Origin: Pseudomonadota bacterium
Lineage (GTDB): Bacteria > CALINM01
Reading direction: 5' to 3'
Assembly: GCA_026418415.1 (NCBI GenBank)
Contig: JAOABK010000005.1
Coordinates: forward strand, 1,943-65,942
DNA length: 64,000 nucleotides
Positions 31,310-40,363 of this stretch are shown piece after piece (the first letter of the stretch is position 1; each line of letters begins with the position of its first letter). Both the position numbers and the translations under genes were made by a program. The notes under the pieces were generated by a model. The model did not search any database. It worked only from the letters and a program-made list of their open reading frames with translations, and was not told where the DNA came from.

Positions 31310-31360
31310 ATAGCATCTTCAAGATGCTATAGATCTGATATGTATAAACCTGATCTGATA
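31310..31360. promoter_or_regulatory. Candidate operator in the tonB promoter region: a perfect 10-bp inverted repeat, ATAGCATCTT-c-AAGATGCTAT, plus two GATCTGATA direct repeats spaced 20 bp apart
   Basis: Palindrome at 31310..31330; direct repeats at 31332..31340 and 31352..31360; 40-90 nt upstream of the tonB start. Confidence 0.4.
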
Positions 31361-31450
31361 CCTTCTAGTATCGATTTTGTCAAAATTGATTATATTAACC
31401 TTAAAAAAATTGTCAAGGGATTTAATTTGCTATTTTTAAAGTATATTAAA

Positions 31451-31804
31451 TCAAAACACTATATTCTCTACATGATCGAAAACTGGCTTATTGTTAATTA
31501 CTTCTATGCCTATAGCCTCGAACCTGATTGGTTTATCGGCTATTTTATTTTTCATACAATAGAACTCTGCAACTCTTATCATTCTTTTTTGCTTTTGTAA
31601 GGTTATTGCTGAAAGAGGTGTGCCAAAAATATCTTTTGTTCGAGCTTTAACCTCTATGAAGCACAGGATACTGTTTTTTTCTGCAATTATATCTATCTCA
31701 CCGAAAGAACAGTTAAAATTTCTTTGAATAATCTTGTAGCCTTTATTTTTTAAAAAATCCACAGCGAGGTCTTCAAAAAACTTACCATGAGCCCTTTTAT
31801 TCAT
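31451..31804 (-). CDS. yraN: YraN-family (UPF0102) endonuclease
   Basis: GEIDIIAEKNSILCFIEVKAR motif. Confidence 0.8.
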   Translation of the reverse strand: MNKRAHGKFFEDLAVDFLKNKGYKIIQRNFNCSFGEIDIIAEKNSILCFIEVKARTKDIFGTPLSAITLQKQKRMIRVAEFYCMKNKIADKPIRFEAIGIEVINNKPVFDHVENIVF

Positions 31805-32412
31805 ATCAAAGCAATATTATAAGTCTTAGGTAGAAAGGTCTTTCTATGGATAGGACAAGGCCCATATTTCTTGATCATTTCTAAATGCAATTTTGTTCCG
31901 TATCCTTTATGCTTTTCAAAGGCATATTGGGGAAATGTTTTTGCATATTCAAGCATTAAGCTATCCCTAAAATCTTTTGCAACTATCGATGCAGCAGCAA
32001 TTGCGATAGATTTAGTTTCACCCTTTACAAAAGCAATTTGTTCAACTCCTTTTATAAAGGGATTTTTTAGATTTCCGTCTATGTAAACAATAGAAGGCTT
32101 TATCATTAAATTATTAAAAGCTTCTTCCATGGCTTTAAAAGTGGCAGTTAATATATCATTTTTATCAATGAATTCTTGATCTTTTAAGCCAATACCAAAA
32201 GAAACTGCTTCTTTTTTAATTTTTTCGGCAAGTTCTTTTATTTTTTTTGATGTTAGTTTTTTTGAGTCAATAATGGCAGGATTATAATAATCTTTTCTAA
32301 AAACTACCGCACAAGCAACAACAGGCCCTGCTAACGGACCCCTCCCTACTTCATCTATTCCACATATTAATTCATGATCAAAACTTGTAGGGTCATCTAA
32401 AAGAGGCTTCAT
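31801..32412 (-). CDS. rnhB: Ribonuclease HII
   Basis: GIDEVGRGPLAGPVV active site motif; 203 aa. Confidence 0.9.
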   Translation of the reverse strand: MKPLLDDPTSFDHELICGIDEVGRGPLAGPVVACAVVFRKDYYNPAIIDSKKLTSKKIKELAEKIKKEAVSFGIGLKDQEFIDKNDILTATFKAMEEAFNNLMIKPSIVYIDGNLKNPFIKGVEQIAFVKGETKSIAIAAASIVAKDFRDSLMLEYAKTFPQYAFEKHKGYGTKLHLEMIKKYGPCPIHRKTFLPKTYNIALI

Positions 32413-32421
32413 AGAATGGGA

Positions 32422-32448
32422 GTTGGCAAAGTTTTAAACTTTGCCAAC
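32422..32448. promoter_or_regulatory. Perfect 13-bp palindromic hairpin between rplS and rnhB (GTTGGCAAAGTTT-t-AAACTTTGCCAAC). It lacks a U-tract. It may be an attenuator, a processing site or a protein-binding site.
   Basis: Seen directly in the sequence; 10 nt upstream of the rnhB ATG. Confidence 0.4.
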
Positions 32449-32457
32449 CTATTCCCT

Positions 32458-32805
32458 TTATCTAATCTCTTTAATACGTGCAGCCTTACCTCTTAAACCT
32501 CTTAAATAATAAAGCTTAGCTCTACGAACCTTACCTTTACTTACAACCTCAATCTTATCAATAACTGGGGAGTAAAGGGGAAAAACCTTTTCTACCCCTA
32601 CTCCATACGAAACCTTTCTCACAGTAAAAGATGTCCTTATTCCATCGTGTTTTAAAGCAATTACTACTCCCTCAAAAACCTGAATACGTTCTTTATCCCC
32701 TTCTTTAACTTTGGTATGGACACGAACATTATATCCGGGTCTTAATTCAGGCATCTCTTTGCCTGCTATAAAACTTCTTTCAATTTCCAAAACTTTGCTA
32801 TTCAT
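32458..32805 (-). CDS. rplS: 50S ribosomal protein L19
   Basis: [25 protein letters not shown]...; likely start at MNSKVLEI (32805) rather than the track start at 32832. Confidence 0.9.
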   Translation of the reverse strand: MNSKVLEIERSFIAGKEMPELRPGYNVRVHTKVKEGDKERIQVFEGVVIALKHDGIRTSFTVRKVSYGVGVEKVFPLYSPVIDKIEVVSKGKVRRAKLYYLRGLRGKAARIKEIR

Positions 32806-32819
32806 AACTAACCTCCTTA

Positions 32820-33380
32820 TTATCTTCCACATAACCTGTCTAATATTATGGCAACTGCTGATCTAACGGATAGGTGATTATAACTACCTTCACCATAGAC
32901 AGGTTTTAATCTATAATCAGCAGAATTAATAAAATCCTCTGTCAATCCCCAACCGGTTCCAAAAACAATTAAATAGGGATTATCACTTTTATAAATTTTT
33001 TCTTTTAACTCCTCATACCCTATACTGTTAGGAAATGGCTTTGCATCAGTAACTACCACAAAAGGTTTTTTACCAAAATCACTTTCTATATCAACTATTA
33101 CATCGTCAAAATTCTCTTTTAACACAACCCCCGTAAGGGCCTCTTTCCTTCGAGGATTATAGGCACTTCCCCAGTCGAATATCCAATGATATAAAATTTT
33201 CTTGCCTAATTCAAGTTGTTTTTGTATAGGTTGAACAATAAAAAATTTTTCAACTCCATAAGTCTTTGATATTCTTGAAATATCATGTATGTCATAATTA
33301 AAAATTGCTGTCGCAGTAACCTGTTTATTTTTGTTATACACAGGATAATGTAAAAGTGCTATATATAAGTTTCTTGGCAT
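32820..33380 (-). CDS. Predicted SPOUT-class RNA methyltransferase (Methyltrn_RNA_4-like), encoded between trmD and rplS
   Basis: C-terminal trefoil-knot signature [23 protein letters not shown]...[16 protein letters not shown]; 186 aa. Confidence 0.6.
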   Translation of the reverse strand: MPRNLYIALLHYPVYNKNKQVTATAIFNYDIHDISRISKTYGVEKFFIVQPIQKQLELGKKILYHWIFDWGSAYNPRRKEALTGVVLKENFDDVIVDIESDFGKKPFVVVTDAKPFPNSIGYEELKEKIYKSDNPYLIVFGTGWGLTEDFINSADYRLKPVYGEGSYNHLSVRSAVAIILDRLCGR

Positions 33381-33389
33381 TGAATTTTC

Positions 33390-34076
33390 CTAAGAATTTT
33401 CTCTTTGTTTTAAAAGTTCAGGACGTAATTTACTCGTTTTCAAAATTGCTTGTTTTGTTCTCCATTCAGTAATTTTTTTATGATCACCAGAAATTAGAAT
33501 ATCCGGAACCTTAAAGCCTCTAAAATCATAGGGTCTTGTATATTGGGGGTATTCTAACAATCCATCACTAAATGATTCAAAAATAACTGACTCATCTTTA
33601 CCAACAACACCTTTTACAAATCTAACAGATGCCTCGAGTACGACAAGAGTTGCAACCTCACCTCCCATTATTATGTAATCACCTATTGATATTTCTCTAT
33701 CAATAAAGTTTTCTATTCGAGCATCAATACCTTCATATCTACCACAAATAAATATTAGATGCTCTGAGTTACCAAAATCTCTTGCTGTCTTATGGTTAAA
33801 TACTTCTCCTGATGGAGTAAGCAAGATTTTCAAGCCCTTACCTCTCTGTCTTTCAACTTCTTCAAGGCATTCAACAACTGGCTCAATTTTCATAACCATA
33901 CCTACACCACCACCATAAGGTTCATCGTCAACTACCTTATGTTTATCTTTTGCAAAATCTCTAATATTCCAGATTTTTATATCAAGAATACCATTCTCCC
34001 TTGCCTTTGCAATTAAACTCTGAGAAAGAGGAGTTGTAAAATAGTCTGGGAAAAGTGTTAAGATATCAATTTTCAT
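33390..34076 (-). CDS. trmD: tRNA (guanine37-N1)-methyltransferase
   Basis: MKIDILTLFPDYF...; SPOUT C-terminal motifs; 228 aa. Confidence 0.9.
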   Translation of the reverse strand: MKIDILTLFPDYFTTPLSQSLIAKARENGILDIKIWNIRDFAKDKHKVVDDEPYGGGVGMVMKIEPVVECLEEVERQRGKGLKILLTPSGEVFNHKTARDFGNSEHLIFICGRYEGIDARIENFIDREISIGDYIIMGGEVATLVVLEASVRFVKGVVGKDESVIFESFSDGLLEYPQYTRPYDFRGFKVPDILISGDHKKITEWRTKQAILKTSKLRPELLKQRENS

Positions 34077-34084
34077 AATTTGGC

Positions 34085-34600
34085 TTAAAAATTTTCAAAT
34101 GCTGATTCATCGATGATAATTTTCTTCTCATTAATATCAACTTTTTTAACAACATTTTCGGAAAAGGGAAATAAAAACTCCTTTTTCCCATCCCTAACTA
34201 CAATAACATCTACCCCACCGGTTTCAATTAATGACTCTACCTTACCGATGAACTTATCATTTATTGTAAAAACATTACAGCCAATTAAATCAACCCAATA
34301 ATATTCATGTTCTTCAGTTTCTGGCAAATCTTTTCTTTTAATTAAAACTTCAGAATCAACGAGCTCTTCAGCACTATTTCTATCATCTATTCCTTCAAAT
34401 TTAACAAGGAAACCTTTTTTATAAGGTCTGCTTTCTAAAATTTTTAAATTGATAAAGCCTTTTTTATTGGTTTTTATAGACAAAAAAATTCCTCGGAGAA
34501 GGCTTGTACCTTCTCCGCTGAAAGTTTTTAATATTACGTGGCCTTTAATTCCGTGTGGGCTTAAAATATAGCCGAGGGGTAAGTATTCTTCCCCTTGCAT
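34085..34600 (-). CDS. rimM: Ribosome maturation factor RimM
   Basis: LGYILSPHGIKGHV PRC-barrel/RimM N-terminal motif. Confidence 0.85.
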   Translation of the reverse strand: MQGEEYLPLGYILSPHGIKGHVILKTFSGEGTSLLRGIFLSIKTNKKGFINLKILESRPYKKGFLVKFEGIDDRNSAEELVDSEVLIKRKDLPETEEHEYYWVDLIGCNVFTINDKFIGKVESLIETGGVDVIVVRDGKKEFLFPFSENVVKKVDINEKKIIIDESAFENF

Positions 34601-34836
34601 TATTCAACTATTTCTAAAACCGCCCTTTTACGAGCCTTCGCTGATGCAGCTGAGAGTATTGTTCTCATTGCACGAGCAGTACGGCCTTCCTTACCAATTA
34701 CTTTACCACGATCTTCGCTTGCAACAGAAAGTTCGATTACAGTTGTACGTTCACCGTCCACTTCTGCCACTTTTACAGCATCTGGATTATCTACCAGTGC
34801 TTTTGCAATGTACTCAATCAGTTCTTTCATTCCCAT
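34600..34836 (-). CDS. KH-domain RNA-binding protein (UPF0109/YlqC)
   Basis: [22 protein letters not shown] motif; 78 aa; conserved position between rpsP and rimM. Confidence 0.85.
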   Translation of the reverse strand: MGMKELIEYIAKALVDNPDAVKVAEVDGERTTVIELSVASEDRGKVIGKEGRTARAMRTILSAASAKARKRAVLEIVE

Positions 34837-34870
34837 ATCTGCCTCCCGTCAGTTGTTTTTTATCGCACCT

Positions 34871-35110
34871 TTATTTTGTTAGACTCTTAACTATATTTTT
34901 AACAGTCTGTGTTGGTTCTGCACCTTTTGTTATCCAAGCTTCATAAAGTTCTTTCTTTAAATTTGCATTTTCAATACCCTTTGCAGGATCATAATAACCA
35001 AGAACTTCTATAAACTTGCCATCTCTTGGAGATGTTGAATCACTTACAACAATCCTGTAGAAAGGTTTCTTCTTGCTACCAGCACGAAATAATCTAATCT
35101 TTACTGCCAT
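34871..35110 (-). CDS. rpsP: 30S ribosomal protein S16
   Basis: MAVKIRLFRAGSKKKPFYRIVV... Confidence 0.95.
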   Translation of the reverse strand: MAVKIRLFRAGSKKKPFYRIVVSDSTSPRDGKFIEVLGYYDPAKGIENANLKKELYEAWITKGAEPTQTVKNIVKSLTK

Positions 35111-35125
35111 CTATTCCTCCTCTTT

Positions 35126-36463
35126 TTATTTAAAAAGACCGCCTATTCCTCTTAAAAAGTTCTTTTCTCCCTTTTTCTTTATCTGGGTGAAAATCCTTTT
35201 TGCCTCAAAATAATTTTTCAATAATGTGTTTACTTCCTGTACAGTTGTACCACTACCCATCGCTATTCTTCTTTTTCTACTACCGTTTATAATATCTGGA
35301 TTACGTCTCTCCTTTAACGTCATAGAATCAATAATTGCATTCATCCTTTTAAAATCTTTTTCTATTTTATCCCAATCTATTTCTTTTTTCAACTTATTCA
35401 TTCCTGGAATAAAGCTCATAATACTTTCAATGGATCCCATCTTTTTTAAATACTTAAACTGTTCTCTAAAATCCTCTAAAGTAAAAGAACCCTTTTTTAA
35501 CTTTTGTTGCCACTCAATGGCCTTTTCTTTCTCTACTACCTCTTGCACCTTCTCAACATAGGAGATTACATCTCCCATACCAAGGATTCTTGAAGCCATT
35601 CTATCGGGATGAAAAACTTCAAGGGCATTTAATTTTTCACCAATACCAGCAAATTTAATGGGTACACCGGTAACTATTTTAGCCGAAAGAGCAGCTCCAC
35701 CCCTTGCATCACCATCGAGTTTTGTCAATACGAGTCCAGTCAGTTTTATTTCCTGATTAAATTTTTCCGCTACATTAAGGGCTTCCTGACCTATCATAGA
35801 GTCAACTACTAATAAAACTTCATTGATCTTTATATTATTTCTTAACGTCTTTAGCTCATCCATTAACTCTTGATCAATATGAAGTCTCCCAGCCGTATCA
35901 AAAATCAATGTATCAAGACCTTGTTTATCAGCAAAGATTAAAGATTCTTTTGCAATATTTAATGGATCCTTAGGTTTATCATACTCAAAAAAGGGAACTG
36001 AAATCTGCCCTGCAAGTTTTTTTAGCTGATCATATGCAGCAGGGCGATAAATATCCAGACAAACCAACCCTGGCTTTCTTTTTTTATTTCTAAGAAAAAG
36101 GGCTAATTTTGCTGCCTGGGTGGTTTTACCTGAACCTTGAAGCCCCACAAGCATAATTACTACAGGTGGCTTACCAGAGAAATCGAGCTCTGAAGTTTGA
36201 CTACCCAAAACATTAACAAGCTCATCTGCAACAATCTTAATGAATTGTTGGGCAGGCGTTACACTATTTAAAACTTCCTGACCTAAAGCCTTCTCCTTTA
36301 CTTTGTCAAGAAATTCTTTTACAACTTTGAGATGCACATCTGCTTCAAGAAGTGCTATTCGCACTTCCCTCAAAGCTTCTGTAATATTGGACTCGGTAAT
36401 TTTGCCGTGTCCCCTTAATTTCTTAAAGACCTGTCCTAATTTATCAGTTAAACTATCAAACAT
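35126..36463 (-). CDS. ffh: Signal recognition particle protein Ffh
   Basis: N/G domains with GLQGSGKTT P-loop, DTAGR, TKLDGDARGG; Met-rich M domain. Confidence 0.95.
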   Translation of the reverse strand: MFDSLTDKLGQVFKKLRGHGKITESNITEALREVRIALLEADVHLKVVKEFLDKVKEKALGQEVLNSVTPAQQFIKIVADELVNVLGSQTSELDFSGKPPVVIMLVGLQGSGKTTQAAKLALFLRNKKRKPGLVCLDIYRPAAYDQLKKLAGQISVPFFEYDKPKDPLNIAKESLIFADKQGLDTLIFDTAGRLHIDQELMDELKTLRNNIKINEVLLVVDSMIGQEALNVAEKFNQEIKLTGLVLTKLDGDARGGAALSAKIVTGVPIKFAGIGEKLNALEVFHPDRMASRILGMGDVISYVEKVQEVVEKEKAIEWQQKLKKGSFTLEDFREQFKYLKKMGSIESIMSFIPGMNKLKKEIDWDKIEKDFKRMNAIIDSMTLKERRNPDIINGSRKRRIAMGSGTTVQEVNTLLKNYFEAKRIFTQIKKKGEKNFLRGIGGLFK

Positions 36464-36513
36464 AAAGTAACATTAAATTTTATTGAAAAGATAATTTAAA
36501 GTCAATAAATATC

Positions 36514-36543
36514 TTGACAAAGGAAATTTGAATAATGTAATAT
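36514..36543 (+). promoter_or_regulatory. Sigma70-type promoter for the initiator tRNA-Met (TTGACA-18-TAATAT)
   Basis: TTGACA 36514..36519; TAATAT 36538..36543; tRNA 5' end at 36560. Confidence 0.5.
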
Positions 36544-36559
36544 AATTATCTACATTAGA

Positions 36560-36636
36560 CGCGGGGTGGAGCAGCTTGGTAGCTCGTCGGGCTCATAACC
36601 CGAAGGCCAGAGGTTCAAATCCTCTCCCCGCTACCA
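36560..36636 (+). tRNA. tRNA-Met (CAU), initiator type
   Basis: Cloverleaf folds by hand. Anticodon loop CUCAUAA is closed by three G-C pairs (GGG/CCC). A11:U24 is present in the D stem. Positions 1:72 are unpaired (C1·U72). The 3' CCA is encoded. Confidence 0.85.
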
Positions 36637-36708
36637 AATTTATCCTTTCATACACAATCACAATATAAACTTTCTTTTTACATCAAAAAACTATAAAATA
36701 TTAAACCT

Positions 36709-37365
36709 ATGCAAGAAACTATTTTACAAATTGCAATTTATGCATTCCCAGTCTTACTGTCTATTACTGTCCATGAGTTCTTTCATGGTTACTCAGCCTA
36801 TAAATTAGGCGACCCAACAGCAAAAATGCTTGGTAGGCTTACTTTTAACCCCTTTGCTCACATTGATTTGTTTGGGACCATACTTTTACCCCTCATTTTA
36901 ATCATAACCAATTCAAGTTTTTTAATTGCCTGGGCGAAGCCAGTTCCTATAAATCCCCTAAATTTTAAAAGACCTTACAGAGATATGGCCTTATCTTCTT
37001 TAGCAGGACCACTTTCAAATATCATATTATGTATTATCTTTTTTGTTGCACTTACTTTTTTCTTTAAAAATTCTACCCCTATTAGCGGCTATGGTAACAG
37101 TGAATTAATTAAACAAATGCTTCGTGCGGGTTTTTTCATGAATTTCGCCCTCTTTGCTTTTAATATGCTTCCAATCCCACCCCTTGATGGTAGTAAAGTA
37201 TTAACTGCCATACTACCGAAAGGTGGAAGAATTTTTATGGAAAAAATTGAACCCTATGGATTTTTTATTGTTTTAGGCTTACTCTTTTTTAGAATAATAG
37301 ATTTGTACATGCTTTTGATGGCAAATTTACTAAAACATGTTCTAATTTTTATTGGAGGATTTTGA
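36709..37365 (+). CDS. Site-2 protease family (peptidase M50) membrane zinc metalloprotease
   Basis: HEFFHG HExxH motif within a TM helix; 218 aa polytopic. Confidence 0.8.
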   Translation: MQETILQIAIYAFPVLLSITVHEFFHGYSAYKLGDPTAKMLGRLTFNPFAHIDLFGTILLPLILIITNSSFLIAWAKPVPINPLNFKRPYRDMALSSLAGPLSNIILCIIFFVALTFFFKNSTPISGYGNSELIKQMLRAGFFMNFALFAFNMLPIPPLDGSKVLTAILPKGGRIFMEKIEPYGFFIVLGLLFFRIIDLYMLLMANLLKHVLIFIGGF

Positions 37366-38345
37366 TGAAAACTGTTTTAAGTGGCATGCGTCCAACGGGA
37401 AAACTTCATTTCGGACACCTTCATGGTGTGTTAAAAAATTGGTTAAAACTGCAACAGGAATATAAATGCTTTTTCTTTGCCGCAGATTGGCATGCGCTAA
37501 CAAGTGAATATGAAGATACCTCAAATATAAAGAAGGATACCATTGAGATGTTCATTGACTGGCTTTCAGTAGGGATTGACCCAGAAAAGGCCACTGTCTT
37601 TATTCAATCTGCCATTAAAGAACATGCGGAACTTCATCTTATTTTTTCCATGATTACACCTCTATCTTGGTTAGAAAGAAATCCTACATACAAAGAACAG
37701 CTTCAAGAAATAAATAACAAAGATTTGAGTACCTATGGTTTTTTGGGTTATCCAGTACTTCAGTCAGCAGACATATTGATTTATAAAGCATCTTACGTCC
37801 CAGTTGGAATAGACCAGGTACCTCACGTTGAATTAACAAGAGAGATTGCAAGGAGATTTAATTTTATTTTTAAAACAAAACTATTTCCAGAACCAGAACC
37901 ACTACTTACTGACACACCCAAGTTATTAGGGGTTGATGGCAGAAAAATGAGCAAAAGTTATAACAACGCAATATATCTATCAGATAAGCCAGAAGTAGTG
38001 GAAAAGAAGATTTTAACAATGATGACAGACCCCCATAGGGTTAAAAAAACAGACCCAGGAGATCCCGATTTGTGTCCCCTTTTCCTTTTTCATAAAATTT
38101 ATACTGATGATGAAGAACGTGCAGAAATTATTAAAAGCTGTAAAGAAGCCCTTTTTGGATGCATTGATTGCAAAAAAAGACTACTTGCGAAAATGAGGGA
38201 CGAGATCAATGCTTACTGGGAAAAGAGACAATATTACGAAAATAATACCGACAGATTATTAAAAATAATTGAAGAAGGAAATGAAAAAGCAAGAGAATTT
38301 GCAGTAAAAACAATGGAAGAGGTTCGTGAAATTATAGGTTTATGA
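37362..38345 (+). CDS. trpS: Tryptophan--tRNA ligase
   Basis: Class I motifs GKLHFGHLHG (HIGH) and KMSKS; 327 aa. Confidence 0.95.
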   Translation: MMKTVLSGMRPTGKLHFGHLHGVLKNWLKLQQEYKCFFFAADWHALTSEYEDTSNIKKDTIEMFIDWLSVGIDPEKATVFIQSAIKEHAELHLIFSMITPLSWLERNPTYKEQLQEINNKDLSTYGFLGYPVLQSADILIYKASYVPVGIDQVPHVELTREIARRFNFIFKTKLFPEPEPLLTDTPKLLGVDGRKMSKSYNNAIYLSDKPEVVEKKILTMMTDPHRVKKTDPGDPDLCPLFLFHKIYTDDEERAEIIKSCKEALFGCIDCKKRLLAKMRDEINAYWEKRQYYENNTDRLLKIIEEGNEKAREFAVKTMEEVREIIGL

Positions 38346-39070
38346 GCATATCTGTAAAATTAGAACAGTTCGAAGGTCCCTTAGACTTATTACTTCACCT
38401 CATAAAAAAAGAAAAGATAGACATTTATGATATACCTATATCAGAAATCACCGCCCAGTATTTAGAGTATATAGAAAACATGAAAAAACTAAATATTTAT
38501 GTTGCCAGTGAATTTCTTGTAATGGCAGCAACATTAATTTATATTAAATCAAAAATGCTACTTCCCAAGAAGGTTACAATTAACGAAGAGATTCAAAATG
38601 ATGATATAATTGCTGAGGATGATCCAAGACTTCCTCTTGTTCAAAGATTATTAGAGTACCAGAAAATTAAAGATCTTGTAGAAATTTTGGAAAAAAAGGA
38701 TTGTTTGTACCGGGACTTTTTTCCAAGGGGATATACAGAATTTACAATAGACTTTGCTGAAAAAGAGTTTGATTCCTATGAACTGGTCAAAATTTTCTAT
38801 TCTCTTATTGAAAAAATGCCCGATAGCCTCTCCCTTGAAGTAGAATTAGAGAAAATAACAATAAGGGATATGATAAACAATATCCTTGAGACATTAAGGG
38901 AAAGAAAAAAGATTACCTTTATTGAATATGCAAGTCAGCTAAAGTCTAAGATTGAATTAATAGTTTTTTTCCTTGCCCTTCTTGAGCTTGCAAAAATTAG
39001 AATGATTACTTTGATGCAATCAGCATTATTTCAAGATATTGATATTTCCCTGAGGATAGAGCAAGCATGA
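38342..39070 (+). CDS. scpA: Segregation and condensation protein A
   Basis: FEGPLDLLLHLIKKEKIDIYDIPISEITAQYLEYI... kleisin N-terminus. Confidence 0.9.
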   Translation: MSISVKLEQFEGPLDLLLHLIKKEKIDIYDIPISEITAQYLEYIENMKKLNIYVASEFLVMAATLIYIKSKMLLPKKVTINEEIQNDDIIAEDDPRLPLVQRLLEYQKIKDLVEILEKKDCLYRDFFPRGYTEFTIDFAEKEFDSYELVKIFYSLIEKMPDSLSLEVELEKITIRDMINNILETLRERKKITFIEYASQLKSKIELIVFFLALLELAKIRMITLMQSALFQDIDISLRIEQA

Positions 39071-39669
39071 ATAACCCACTGAAAGAAAAATATGGACCAT
39101 TACCAATCGTTGAAGCAATGATATTTTCATCTGAAAATCCTCTATCGGCTGAGAAAATTGCCAGCATATTAGAGCTAAACAAAGAGGATGTTGAAGAAAT
39201 AATAAAAATACTTATGAAAGAATATAACCACAATGAGATGCATGGTATAGAAATAGTAGAAATTGGTGGTGGATATTTCTTTAGAACTAAGATTCCCTAT
39301 GCACCCTTTATAAGAAAGATTGTTATGGGAAAAGAATCGGACCTATCAAAATCAGCCATGGAAACTTTAGCAATTATTGCATATAAACAACCTATTACAA
39401 GAGCTGAGATCGAACATATAAGAGGTGTTGATTCAAGTAATCCCATCCGCTCACTTTTAGAAAAAAAGCTGATTAAGATTCAGGGAAGAAAAGACGTACC
39501 TGGTAGACCCCATGTTTATGGAACAACTAAGGAATTTCTAAAAGCCTTTGGACTTAAAGACTTAAGTGAACTACCAAATATAAAAGAAATTAAAGAAATT
39601 ATAAAAGAACCACAACTAAAACTAATTGGAGAAGAGGATGAAGATAAGACTTCAGAAAATAATAGCTGA
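39067..39669 (+). CDS. scpB: Segregation and condensation protein B
   Basis: Tandem winged-helix ScpB pattern (ETLAIIAYKQPITRAEIEHIRGVDSS). Confidence 0.9.
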   Translation: MNNPLKEKYGPLPIVEAMIFSSENPLSAEKIASILELNKEDVEEIIKILMKEYNHNEMHGIEIVEIGGGYFFRTKIPYAPFIRKIVMGKESDLSKSAMETLAIIAYKQPITRAEIEHIRGVDSSNPIRSLLEKKLIKIQGRKDVPGRPHVYGTTKEFLKAFGLKDLSELPNIKEIKEIIKEPQLKLIGEEDEDKTSENNS

Positions 39670-40363
39670 CGCAGGTATTGCTTCAAGAAGAGATGCTGAA
39701 AAAATAATAGAAGAAGGAAGGGTAACTGTTAATGGCATTATAGCAAAATTAGGAGATAAGGCTGATCCAGAAAAGGACCATATTAAAATAGATGGCAAAT
39801 TGTTGAAACCCCAAAAAATAGAATATATATATATAATTCTTAACAAACCTAAAAAGGTAATGTGTACAACAAGTGATCCAGAGGGAAGAGAAACTGTAAT
39901 GGACTTAATTAAGGGCATAAAAACCCGAATATGGCCAGTGGGAAGGCTCGATTATCATTCCGAAGGGTTGGTTTTGCTTACAAATGATGGTGAACTATCA
40001 TTAAGGCTAACCCATCCAAGATATAAAATAGAAAAAGTCTATGAAGTAAAAGTTAAAGACTTGCCTGATGAAAAGAAGATAGAAAAATTAAAAAAGGGCA
40101 TCTGGTTGGAAGATGGCAAAACAGCACCTTGTGAGATTACTTTTATTAAAAGAACAAAAGAAAATAGCTGGTTTAAAGTTATATTAACCGAAGGGAAAAA
40201 AAGACAAATAAGAAGAATGTTTCATTCAATAGGTCATGATGTAATGAAACTTAAACGGGTGTCTATAGGCCCAATAAAATTGGGCAAACTTCCCATAGGT
40301 TCCTTTAGATTTTTGACTGAAAAGGAAATAACCGCACTAAAAAAATCAGTTGGTTTACTGTAG
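39626..40363 (+). CDS. rluB: 23S rRNA pseudouridine synthase of the RluB/RsuA family. The start may be at 39638.
   Basis: S4 domain (RLQKIIADAGIASRRDAEKII); catalytic GRLD motif. Confidence 0.85.
   Translation: MEKRMKIRLQKIIADAGIASRRDAEKIIEEGRVTVNGIIAKLGDKADPEKDHIKIDGKLLKPQKIEYIYIILNKPKKVMCTTSDPEGRETVMDLIKGIKTRIWPVGRLDYHSEGLVLLTNDGELSLRLTHPRYKIEKVYEVKVKDLPDEKKIEKLKKGIWLEDGKTAPCEITFIKRTKENSWFKVILTEGKKRQIRRMFHSIGHDVMKLKRVSIGPIKLGKLPIGSFRFLTEKEITALKKSVGLL

Noticed and set aside
31340-31600. 86-aa plus-strand ORF overlapping yraN and the tonB promoter
   Set aside because: No RBS; it overlaps a well-supported YraN gene on the other strand.
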